This document shows positions 52,101-64,000 of a DNA stretch of 64,000 bases, one piece after another. The position numbers and the translations under genes are program-made. The first letter of the stretch is position 1; each line of letters opens with the position of its first letter. Under the pieces are notes generated by a model. The model had not been told where the DNA came from. It was given only the letters and a program-made list of their open reading frames with translations, and searched no databases. Location: NCBI RefSeq assembly GCF_006345805.1, contig NC_043019.1:29015360-29079359 (forward strand), written 5' to 3'. Source of the DNA: Octopus sinensis (lineage: Eukaryota).

Positions 52101-53379
52101 TAATAATAATAATAATAATAATAATAATCCTTTCTACTATAGGCACAAGGCCTGAAATTTGGGGGCGGGGAATTGCTGATTACATCAACCCCAGTGTTCA
52201 ACTGGTACTTATTTTATCGACCCTGAAAGGATGAAAGGCAAAGTCGACCTTGGCAGAATTTGAACTCAGCATTTCATTCAGCGTGCTAACGATTCTGCCA
52301 GCTCGCCACCTGAATAATAAATAATAATAATAATAATAATAATTATTATTATTTATTATTGCTGTTATATATGTTTTAACTTTTTACTGTCTCCAAAACA
52401 TCAGACCCCAAATGGCAAAGTTGAATTCCACCGAGGGTGACTTTGCCTTCCATCTTTTTGGGGTCAATAAAATAAGTACCAGTTGAATACTGGGGTTGAT
52501 ATATTTGACATACCCTCTACCCCAAACTTACTGGCCTTGGGCCAAAATCTGAAACCATTATGGTTAGCATGCCGGGTGAAATGCTTAGTGCCATTTCACC
52601 CGTCTTTACATTCTGAGTTCAAATGCTGTTGCAGTCAGTTTTGCCTTTCATACATTCGGGGTCAATAAATTAAGTACCAGTGTGTGTGTGTGTGTATGTG
52701 TGGAGAGAGAGAGAGAGAGAGACTCCTCCAAGGTGATGTTCTATCCTTTTTTGTCTTAGGACTGTTCTTATAAACCCTACCTCTCTCTTTCTTTCTCACC
52801 CTCATCCCACCCACATCTTATTTACTGTAAACAGCATTTTTCACTGACATCTACTGCAGGTTTCAAGTTTCCATCTTTGGATGTTAGTGAAAATAAGGTC
52901 AGGTTATAATAAACAGGATAAAATTCTACTATATTTACTAAATATTCTATTTTCTCTTTGTGCAACTTTTGGTGCCATAACATACATAGCACACACACAC
53001 ATGCCAGGGCCATCTTAGTAACTTTGTAGGTCCCCAGGAAAATCAATGTACTGGGCCCTATAGTAGTTATTTGTTGACAGTAAGCTACAGAATACATGAA
53101 TCAGAATTGGTCCCCTAGACTCATGAGGCCTCCAAGCAACTGCCCAAGTGTACCTGAAGAAGGTACTGACACATACACACTCATGCATCATTCTGTATTA
53201 GCTGGGGTTGCAGCAAGAGTGATTTAAAAACCCAGAGTTCCGTGTCAAGTCAAACAAGTTGTCCGACAGCTTTGCAAACAATCTCAGTTAATGAAAGATT
53301 GTCGTAGCATAACTTTTTATTTGTTTTCCTCACTTTATTATTCCAACTCTCACTCATACAGATGTATGACTGGCTGTTG

Positions 53380-53670
53380 CTCGCATGCATGAAGCCATTT
53401 TGCCTTTGTTCAGATTGTTATTATCTCACGGCTTTGATTCCGGCACGGATTAAAGTTGTTCTTTACTGTCACATGACCCTGTTATGCAAACGTAGCTGAG
53501 AACTGGCACGTTCTTGTGGTTATTTTCAGGCCAATCAGATAGTTTGCTTTTGGCGCGTTCCTTTTTCACTAACAACTTCTGATGTCCATTTTTCCCAATA
53601 TAAGAAGCCATTTTTGATTAAGAAATGTGATTCAGTGATTCACTGGGAGATCCTATAAAGAGCAGACTTC
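53380..53670. promoter_or_regulatory. Candidate promoter/enhancer
   Basis: Unique CpG-retaining block with CTTTGAT, GTCACATGAC, TTATGCAA, GCCAATCAG, TTTTGGCGCG and TATAAAG. Confidence 0.35.
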
Positions 53671-54589
53671 TGATTCTCACCAACATACATGCTTCTGCTT
53701 GATTAATTTTTGTACTTTATACACTTACAAATTCACTTTTATTGTTGTCTAACTTTTATCAATTGTTACTAATAAGTGATGATTATTTATAAAATGTTCT
53801 GTCAAGGACACGGTTGAACCCTCTATCTCTTTCTCTCTTCCCCACTCCTCTCCATTGTTATATGAAAAAAAAAAAATTGATTGTTGTTAAATGTAACTTT
53901 AGATTTTGTTTACAAATGAACTTAGATAAAATAATCTAAAAAAATTCAGGTTGTACCATTCTGAAGATTCCAAATGAAGATGAAATGGTATCATAAATGG
54001 CTAATATGATAACAATAAAAGAATTGTAATAAGATGTATGTTCATCACACTCTTTTCCACTCTTCTGAAAAGAAAATTTTCTTCTCCACAAGACAAATGA
54101 TAGATAAGCTTAGAAACAATTATCTCCCCACAGAGCAGCAAATCTCTTTCACTCTCTGTCTCTACCACAGTATATACAGATTCCTGTAAGACCACCATGG
54201 TTGAACAATTATGCTAGAAATGCCCTGTCTGTTTCCAGACAGATTCTTTGAATATTCTTTATACCAGAAGTCCCCCAACTGTTTTCGCATCACAGACAGG
54301 TTTCATGCAGGATAATTTTCCAACAAGTAGGGGGAAATCATGCACATAAAATACAAAGTGCAAAATATATAATTTAATTATTACATATATATAGTAATAT
54401 ATATGTCATATATAATATGTATATATAATGCAAAAACATCCTGTAGATTGTGATAGTCAATAAAATAAAAAAAACTTTAAAATTTATTGTGTAGCCTGGT
54501 ACCAAATAATCCATGGCCCATTACTGACCCATGGCTTGGTGGTTGAGGATTCTGGCTTTACACAGCAATGACACTTGGTGAATATTATA

Positions 54590-54822
54590 CCTATTTCTTT
54601 ATTACCCACAAGGGGCTAAACACAGAGAGGACAAACAAGGACAGACAAACAGATTAAGTCCATTATATCGACCCCAGTGCGTAACTGGTACTCATTTAAT
54701 CGACCCCGAAAGGATGAAAGGCAAAGTTGATCTCAGCGGAATTTGAACTCAGAACGTAACTCAGAGGAGATACGGCTACGCATTTTGCCCGGCATGTTAA
54801 CGTTTCTGCCAGCTTGCCGCCT
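54590..54822 (-). mobile_element. SINE family A
   Basis: 13-bp flanking repeat ggtgaatattata at 54577-54589 and 54829-54841. Confidence 0.85.
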
Positions 54823-56097
54823 TCCCTAGGTGAATATTATAACATATGAATAAATTGTCATACACCTGCTTCAATTGTATTTTTGTAAATACTATACAAA
54901 CTGATTCTGCATGCATTTACATTGATAAACTGACAGTTGATGGTTATCTTGACTTGTTGCGGTTCTTATATGCCAAACATTTACTCTGTATTTGATATAA
55001 TTCCATTATTCTTATTAGCATTATTAAATGCTGTTGTAGCTACTTCTCTTGTCTTTTTATTCCCCTTCATTTTCATTACAACCAACTTGCTAAAACATAA
55101 AAACTGTTATATTTTATGTTTTCAGTTCTCTTTCCCCTGTTGCTAAAACTAAACATGTACACCTCTGAAATGTCCATCCATCCACCCACGATAGCAATCA
55201 TGCATTGAGCCTTTAAATCTAATCACCATACATACATACACACACACACACATATATATTCATCATCATCATTTAACGTCCATTTTCCATGCTGGCATGG
55301 GTTGGATGATTTAACCAAAGCTGGCAAGCCAAAAAGCTGCACCAGGTTCCAGTCATCTGTTTTGGCACGTTTCCTATACCAAGATGCCCTTCCTAATGCT
55401 CACCACTTTACAGAGTGTACTGGGTGCTTTTTTTACGTGGCACCAGCACAAGTGGGGTTACCAAGTAACTTGCAAGAAATATCTAAAATGGCTGTGGGTT
55501 AAGAAGTTTGCTTCACAACCACAAAGTTTTGGGTTAAGTAACATTAGCATGTCATCTTTCACAAGTATCTACTACAATAGCCCAGGTCAACCAAAGCCTT
55601 GTGAGTGGATTTGATAGGCAGAAACTGAAAGAAGCCTGTCATATATGCACGTGTGTGTGTTTGTTTGTTTATGTCTCCTAGTCATGATATTGCATGACAG
55701 TAGCAAGTGAGTGTCACTGTCATATAAGTAGCATTGCTCATTTCCAATATTCTGCAAGAATAACTCTGGCCATAGGGAAATATTACCTTGGTGGGAAACA
55801 GGAGTGGGTTGGTTACAGGAAGGGCAATTGACCACAGAAAATTTGCTCCAACAAACTTCATCCAACCAATGCAAGCAGGAAAAACTGTAAGTTATGATGA
55901 TGATGATATATATATTGAGCAGCTTTCAGCTTTTTCTATCCCAGAGGGGATTTTCAACCCAACATTTACATGCAATTATTTATAGATTTATGTGCATCAA
56001 GATGACAGACAGACAGACAGATAGATAGACAGATAAACACTTTTCAAAATTTGTATGGCCTTCATACACCACCAGCACTATCTTCACAACCATCACT

Positions 56098-56136
<39 letters not shown>

Positions 56137-57077
56137 GCTGCCAAAATCACAATCATCATCATCATTATTATTATTGTTATTATTATTATTATTATTATTA
56201 TATCACTGTTGTAATATAAATATATCCAATGACCCTAAGTGAAGTAGAGAGGAAGAGGTCCCACCACCACCACCAACAACATCACCCTCACCCCCACTCC
56301 ACCATCATCACTGCTACTGTTACTTCTACCACAACTGCTACTGCCGCCAGAACTTTCCAAGTCATATATCTCAGCAAATTAGCCTAGTGAGACTATCCAT
56401 CTCCATCTAAACTAATGATGATACTACGTGCTGCATCTATCACCTTTGCAGTGTGTCATCCGAGAATTTGCTACCCATCTCCACCCCAGCATCTCAAAAG
56501 CTAAAAACTAAAGATATAAGTGTGTATACGTTGTTATATGTATATACATATGATATATTTGTGTGTGTGTATGTGTGTGTTTCTCAACGCTGAGGTGCTC
56601 CTGCTGTTTACAGGCTATCAATTTAATGCAATATCAGACAGAAAAAGTCAATCAAGCTGGTCATTCATTAATGACATTAGCATTAGCGCAGGCTGCTTGG
56701 CTTCTGTGCCCGTGGCCAAAATCTGGAATAATTCTATCATGCTGAGATTGTACATTAATTTGATTACGTTTGTGTCACATGACTGATCAACTAAATAGCA
56801 AATAGTCATAGTACCAACTGATCAATTAAAAGAATTGTTGTAGTAGTACCAACTGATTAATTAAATAATTTCAATGGTAGTAGTAGCAGTAGTAGTAGTA
56901 GTAGTAGTAGTAGCAGTAACAACAACAACACATTTAGTGCCAGACTCCCTCTCTCCCACATGTGAAACTGAATCAATAATGGAGCTGCTTATGTGTTTGC
57001 TTGGTCTGCTAGAAATAGCAGCCAAATCATTTTCAAATGACATCCTGGCATCTTAAAAAAAAAAGGATGAACATATA

Positions 57078-57422
57078 GGTGTAGGAGTGGCTGTGTGGTA
57101 AGTAGCTTGCTTACGAACCACATGATTCCGGCTTCAGTCCCACTGCGTGACACCTGGGTAAGTGTCTTCTACTAAGCCTCGGGCCGACCAAAACCTTTTG
57201 AGTGGATTTGGTAGACGGAAACTGAAAGAAGCCCATTGTAAATATGTATATATGTGTGTGTGTGTCTGTCTTTGTCCCCCCCAACATCGCTTGATAACCG
57301 ATGCTGGTGTGTTTACGTTCCCGTCACTTAGCGGTTCAGCAAAAAAGACTGATAGAATAAGTCCTGGGGTTGCTCGAGCATGGCCACAGTCAAATGACTG
57401 AAACAAGTAAAAGAGTAAAGAG
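57078..57422 (+). mobile_element. SINE family B
   Basis: Near full length; splits an older repeat (agaaatagcagccaaat ... ctggggttaaa). Confidence 0.85.
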
Positions 57423-57999
57423 TATATTGGATAACTTTCCAAGAAAACAAGACAGGATGGCTATGGCTGAAATGTCTTTGATCATAGGTCTGAGCATAGA
57501 TCAATGCTGACCTGGGGTTAAATGACAACAGCAACAATAACTACTGAATAAAACAAACCACTAAGAGAATGATTACCTATGTGTTCCTTCAGTGTGCTTC
57601 AAACAGCAACAACAAAATCATTAATCACCTTCAAATGACACCCAACTAAACATGAAAAGCAAAGGAATACATTATATAATATAGTCCTAGATAGACAATT
57701 CCTGAGTGGAGTCTATGTCGGGTAATGTAGTCCTTGAAGTATACACAACACTTGAGACAGAGGAGACAGCATATTGGATGGGTAATGAAGTTCTAGAGAG
57801 AAGGGACAGGCCACAGTGGATAATGTAAGCTCAAGATATGCAGCACCTGCACGAAAGGTAAGCTGGTCATAGATGAAACATCTTTCACCATAAGTCTTAT
57901 GTAATGAAAGGCCAATCTGGAGCTAATTAGCCATAACAGTAGCTATTGAATTAAGATAAATTTGTCTATATTTTCCTTTCATAACCACACACATACAGT

Positions 58000-58192
58000 G
58001 ACCGCGTGTGTAGCGTTGGCGATTTTTTTCCCTCCGTCTTCCCTTCTCTGGATCTTTCCTTTTCCTATGTTTCTGACGAAGAGCTCCACTCGAAACGTTA
58101 AACCCTCCTTCTTCCCTTCCTTTCTGAGCATCAAATAATACTATATTTGTTCCACGTTGTTGTGTTTTCTCTTTGTGCTTTCATGTTTGGAT

Positions 58193-58196
<4 letters not shown>
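58000..58196 (+). mobile_element. Penelope-like pseudo-LTR fragment
   Basis: Hammerhead, CpG-retaining pyrimidine-rich body, ends at (TA)n. Confidence 0.55.
58069..58103 (+). ncRNA. Minimal hammerhead fold (Penelope pLTR type)
   Basis: GTTT-CTGACGA-A-GAG-CTCCA-CTC-GAA-ACGT-T-AAAC; canonical core, palindromic ACGT stem III. Confidence 0.7.
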
Positions 58197-58229
<33 letters not shown>

Positions 58230-59153
58230 TCATCATCGTTTAGCATCCGCTTTCCATGCTGGCATGGGTTGGACGGTGCAACTGGGGTCTGGGAAGCCAG
58301 AAGGCTGCACCAGGCCCAGTCTGATCTGGTAATGTTTCTACAGCTGGATGCCCTTCCTAACGCCAACCACTCCATGAGTGTAGTGGGTGCTTTTTACGTG
58401 CCACCGGCACAGGTGCCAGACGAGGCTGGCAATAGATATTGGTTCCAAATTTTGGCACAAGGCCAGCACTTTTGGATGAGAGCTAAGCTAATTACATTGA
58501 TCCCAGTACTCAACAGGTACTTATTTTATCAACCCTGAAAGGACGAAAAGCAAAATTGACCACAGCAGGGTTTGAACTCAGAATGTACTGATGGATGAAA
58601 TGCTGCTAAGCATTTTGCCCTGTGTGCAAATGATTCTGCAGCTCATTGACTTACACACACACACACATAATACATTATCATCATCATTTCAACATTTAAT
58701 TTTCCATATTCATGTGGGTTGAACGGAATCTGGTGAGGTGGATTTTCAATGGCCAGATGACCATCCTGTCATTGACCTTCATCTACTTCCATGTAAGGTA
58801 ATGTTTCCCCATCAGCAGACATATTTTCACAGATTAAAAATGAAAGACACTACTTGCATGACTTTTGTGCTTGCTTAAAGCCTTCAGATAATTTCAAGGC
58901 AGGGAGACAGTAATACACACAAATAGATAGAAACATAGATAAATACACATACACACACATGATGGGATTCTTTCAGTTTCCAGCTTCCAAACCCACACAC
59001 AATACTTTGGTTGGCCCAGAGCTGTAGTACAAGACACTTGCCTAAGATGCCACAAAGTAGGACTGAACCCAAAACCTCGTGGTTGTGAAGCAAGCTTCTT
59101 ACCATATAGCCACACCTCCTTATTGCACTGTTTCAACAAATATATTCTACATA

Positions 59154-59530
59154 TTACTCTTTTACTTGTTTCAGTCATTTGACTGCGGCCATGCTGGAGC
59201 ACCGCCTTTAATTGAGCAACTCGACCCCGGGACTTATTCTTTGTAAGCCCAGTACTTATTCTATCGGTATCTTTTGTCGAACCGCTAAGTGACGGGGGAC
59301 ATAAACACACCAGCATCAGTTGTCAAGCAATGCTAGGGGGACAAACACAGACACACATACATATATATATATATATATACGACGGGCTTCTTTCAGTTTC
59401 CGTCTACCAAATCCACTCACAAGGCTTTGGTCGGCCCGAGGCTATAGTAGAAGACACTTGCCCAAGGTGCCACGCAGTGGGACTGAACCTGGAACCATGT
59501 GGTTGGTAAACAAGCTACTTATCACACAGC
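59154..59530 (-). mobile_element. SINE family B, young
   Basis: CpG intact; very similar to 63509-63902. Confidence 0.88.
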
Positions 59531-60759
59531 TACATTAAGGCATAAATGAAGTAAAAAAAAATTAGTTTCTTGATTTTGTTTTTGCCTTCTTCTTCTTACT
59601 CGGTACATATTTCAATTATTTGCTTTTGGAGTTGGTTCAAGAATAAAAACACAGTTAAAAATTGAACACCTTGAACAATAGAGATCATTTATTTTAACGC
59701 ATTAAATTATTCTAGTATTTAAGAAGAAAAAAAATGGAATAAAATGTTTAAATAATTTTTTTTTTTCATTTGAAAGAACAATTTTGTTTGAATAAAAATA
59801 ATTCCAATGATTATAAAAAAAAAAATGCTTTCTAGAATAATGAATATATACTTATGTATATAAGTATGCATATATATGTATGTGTGTGTGCGTGTGTATA
59901 TATAAACATATATATATATATACACACATATATAAACATAAACACACACATATATATAAACATATATATACACATATAAACATATATATACACATATAAA
60001 CATATATATACACATATACACACACATATATATATATATACAAATATACACATATATATATACATATATATACATATATATATACACATACACACACATA
60101 TACATATACACATACACACACATATACACATACACACACATATATACATATATATACACATACACACACACACTTACAAATACAGACATATAATTCAGAA
60201 TAAAATGCAATTTTCTTCTCAGAATATGAACTATTTAGCTACTTAAAAATCAATTGACAAATTCTAAATGACAAAGTACTAAATCCAAAAACTATTTGAC
60301 TTAAATAGGAAAACAAAGTCTTTGCAAGCAAAGCTTATTGTCCGATGAATGAGGGGAAGTCACAAGTGGGCTCGTGACACCCACTGGCATATTATAAGTA
60401 TATGTATGTCTGTATATGCTTGCGTGTATGTACTCACATATACACACATGAACATGTACATCAGCGTAAATTGGTACCTTATGACATTTTGGCAATGATT
60501 CACCTCGCTTTACATGAAGGTGAACTTGTACATGTCAAGTGAGATCAATAAAAATAAGTATCATCCCAAATATTGTAAAATAAGAGAAAAATCTCATGGA
60601 GTGATGCCTGTATCCTACCAGGGATATGAAGTTGTGTGACTGCAGCATGGTGGGTCGTGAAGAGGCAGTGGAAGAGCTCAACTGAGCCAATGGTTCTTCG
60701 TGTACTGATGCTGAGCAAAGGATTCTTTGAAAATCAACGGTCAGGATCACCAAGCTGCA

Positions 60760-60986
60760 TTAACCCTTTAGCGTTCAGATTACTCTGTCAAATATAATGC
60801 TTTTTCATTCACATTGTTTTGAATTAATCCAGCATTATCTTGTAGCTCTGAGAATTTGATGAAGTGAATGTTTATTTTGAGGATGTCAGTGTAGGATATG
60901 AGTGAGAACCAGATCTAGATGGTTTGAACACAAAAGAAGTAGAAAATTTGGGACGGATACGACCGGTTTAAATGCTAAAGGGTTAA
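60760..60986. mobile_element. piggyBac-type MITE family E
   Basis: TTAA-ccctttagcgtt ... aatgctaaaggg-TTAA. Confidence 0.85.
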
Positions 60987-61632
60987 GAGATTAACTGCTG
61001 TGCATCCATAGGGGTGGCATCTATGATTGTGTAATCAGCTAATGAAAGATTCATTATGACTCAAGCTCCCAATTTAAATCGGGTGAAACAGAACTGGATG
61101 GAGACAGGGTCGTGAGAATCCAAGTACTTCCAAGGCAGGATTCTTCAACTGTGTAGGGTACAGCATTGAGGAATATGAAAGTAGTGTATAATAGATGGAC
61201 AGTAAGTGTCTTGCTGAAGAGGTGAATCCATGGTCTCCACCACCACCACCACCACCACCACCACACATATCTGATTGACTTCCACACAGTTTCCACTACC
61301 AAATTTCATTTCAAGTTTATGGTAGAAAACACTTGTCCAAGGTCCCGTCCAGTTTGGACTGAATCCAAAAACCATGTGACTTCAAAGTAAACTTCACAGC
61401 TACACAGCCAGCCATGCCTTCCACCATTTATATGCTAGTAACTATAATGAAATAATACTGGTAACAGTAATGCTATTACAGAAAACATGAAAACAATCCA
61501 TTGATAATTCAATTTGATTTGTGTGAGTAAGTTTGTATGTATTAGAAATTCAATAATAAGGTAGGGAAACAGTTTTGGTATGATGATGTGTGCATGTGCA
61601 CACACACATATGTATGTATGGATGTATATATA

Positions 61633-61676
<44 letters not shown>

Positions 61677-62530
61677 CATTCTCACTTTGACTGCCTTGCC
61701 ACCCATTCCTTGCTGTATCATTGTATGTCCTGCGTCTATAGTCATTTCTATTACACTTTATTATTGCAGAGTAGAAATGGAGACTTTTTCCCTGGAAATA
61801 TTATGTAACAACAGAACACTAAGTCTTTTCATTAACAATAGTAGGAAATGAGGTTTTTCATTGGCTTAACATAACACTGTGGATAACAGAATTAGCTTTT
61901 AACTATGTGATGTGAGCTTTATAATAAAATAAATATCGATAACCCAAAAGCTAAAATATATATGAAGGGGGCAATAAAGAATGAAATGATTACTATCATT
62001 ATTATTATTAATAATAATAATAATGATAGTAATAATAATATCTATTATCAATACATTATCTATATATTTATTGGTTTTTACATCCATTTTAGATGATAGA
62101 ACAGGTCAAATGGTGCTAAAACTTTCATATATACATTTTCAGGAATTGTTAGAGAAACCAACTTTACTGATTGGTTCTTTTAACAATAACTGTTGTCAAC
62201 GGAATGGAAATTGGTAACTTTTGGATGGTAGTTAGGCAAAATGCATTGCTCAGTTTAACACTACCACCACAGCCAACACCACCACCAACTGGTACTTGGA
62301 TGACTTTGGCATAAAGATAAGGAATCCTTTTTCACTAAGGGTAAAATTTTACCCACATTACTGATAAAATTCTTTAAAAATTCATGTTTTTTGTGTTGTA
62401 TTTTACATGTTTTAGTCACTGGACAGTAGCTATGCACAGGGACATAAATGAACCAGGTCGTCAAGCAGTGGTGACAAAGACACACACATCTCACTCTGTC
62501 TGTCTGTTTGTCTCTCTGAATGTCTGTCTG

Positions 62531-62562
<32 letters not shown>

Positions 62563-62564
<2 letters not shown>

Positions 62565-62949
62565 CGGTTTAAGTAATTGAGATTCAAGTGAATTCTAATG
62601 AATTCACATGAATATGGTCCTTAACTAGGATGCACCGGAAATCTATATGGTGTTAACCATACGACAAATGGGGTGATTACAAATAGGAAAAAAGCAACAA
62701 GAATGGATTAAAATCTCGGTGCAATTGTTTCGTACGAGGACATCTTTAATAAGCTACAAAAAATGCAGTAAATACAGATGGCTCGTACTCGTCAGCCGAA
62801 AAAACATCAGAGAATTCCCAAACATCAAAAGGGGTAGATACAAAAGAGGGTGTAAGATTAACTGCATTGAAGAAAGTTCGATTCCTGGAGATCCGATGAA
62901 AGGTTTTAAACTTACAGAATTCGTGCATGTCTATATATAGCTCATATTG

Positions 62950-62950
<1 letters not shown>
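62563..62950 (-). mobile_element. Penelope-like fragment between (TA)n tracts (relative at about 21105-21320)
   Basis: Hammerhead plus flank shared with the 21.1 kb copy; both abut TA microsatellites. Confidence 0.45.
62714..62801 (-). ncRNA. Type I hammerhead fold with long stem II, C16.1 variant
   Basis: Minus: TTTCGG-CTGACGA-GTACGAG..CTCGTAC-GAAAC-AATT-GCA-CCGAGA; shares the flank aagcaacaagaatg with the 21.1 kb copy. Confidence 0.7.
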
Positions 62951-62993
<43 letters not shown>

Positions 62994-63508
62994 CAGGATT
63001 CTTTCAGTTTCTATCTACTAAATCCAATCATAAGGCTTTAGTGAGCCCAGGGTTATAGCAGAGGACATTTGTTCAAGGTGCTGCACAGTGGGACTGAACC
63101 TGAAACCTTGTGACTGGGAAGCAAGCTTCTTACCACACAGCTATTCCTGTGCCTATATGATGAAAAAGAAAGAGCTGAGGCCACAAGACGAAACAATAAA
63201 TTATGTTACTTTTAACAATTTATAATTGTGCTTAAAGCATTAAAAGTATCTTATTAATTTATGCATTGTATCAATTTTAATTAACGTTGCTTCATGATTA
63301 CATAAATTCCAGTGAATCTGTACAATTAAAGACATCCATAATTTATCACAATACAAATATGACTCCAACATGATCTTTTACACAAGTAATTTGTTTCTGG
63401 TACTAAAACTGTTTCCAGCCCAAGCTCTATGCAGTCGCTCAACCTTTTAGAAATTCTTCTGTCTAAAACACAGAAAACAACGCTATAAATAAAATAGTCC
63501 TAGATACA

Positions 63509-63902
63509 TTACTCTTTTACTTGTTTCAGTCATTTTGACTGCGGCCATGCTGGAGCACCGCCTTTAATTGAGCAACTCGACCCCGGGACTTATTCTTTTG
63601 TAAGCCCAGTACTTATTCTAATGGTCTCTTTTGCCAAACCGCTAAGTAACGGGGACATAAACACACCAGCATCGGTTGTCAAGCAATGCTAGGAGGACAA
63701 ACACAGACACACAAACACACACATGCATATATATATATACATATATACGATGGGCTTCTTTCAGTTTCCGTCTACCAAATCCAATCACAAGGCTTTGGCC
63801 GGCCCGAGGCTATAGAAGACACTTGCCCAAGGTGCCACGCAGTGGGACTGAACCCGGAACCATGTGGTTGGTAAACAAGCTACTTACCACACAGCCACTC
63901 CT
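63509..63902 (-). mobile_element. SINE family B, young
   Basis: Full-length reverse complement of B. Confidence 0.88.
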
Positions 63903-64000
63903 GACACATTGTGTCAGATAAAAAAAAAAAAAACAAACAACAACCTAAACAACTGCTTCCAAAGAACAGACCCCCAACCTTACTCTAGTGGATTCTACTC

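Overview
AT-rich, repeat-dense eukaryotic DNA, most likely from an octopus or other coleoid cephalopod; this is inferred from the SINE families and microsatellite landscape. Nearly all listed ORFs are microsatellite or transposon artefacts. The only convincing host coding sequence is a 48-nt phase-0 exon on the minus strand (21999-22046, TGDNITWETHKVTLTK), matching the start of PDZ1 of ZO-1/Polychaetoid (TJP family). The window is therefore probably the 5' introns of that gene, with a candidate first coding exon at 50231-50263. The introns hold several tRNA-derived SINE families, mariner, Tigger, hAT, piggyBac and Harbinger-like elements, a Helitron, and RTE/CR1 fragments. The most notable unannotated signals are: (i) five hammerhead-ribozyme folds in Penelope-like repeats, four on the host sense strand, including a U3-A8 variant and an A15.1/C16.1 variant; (ii) a composite piggyBac MITE dimer present twice, with an empty-site/filled-site pair; (iii) a Helitron carrying a copy of DNA from about 1.8 kb away; (iv) near-perfect hairpins. 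All calls were made by eye, without alignment or folding software; repeat boundaries are approximate unless a TSD or TIR is quoted.
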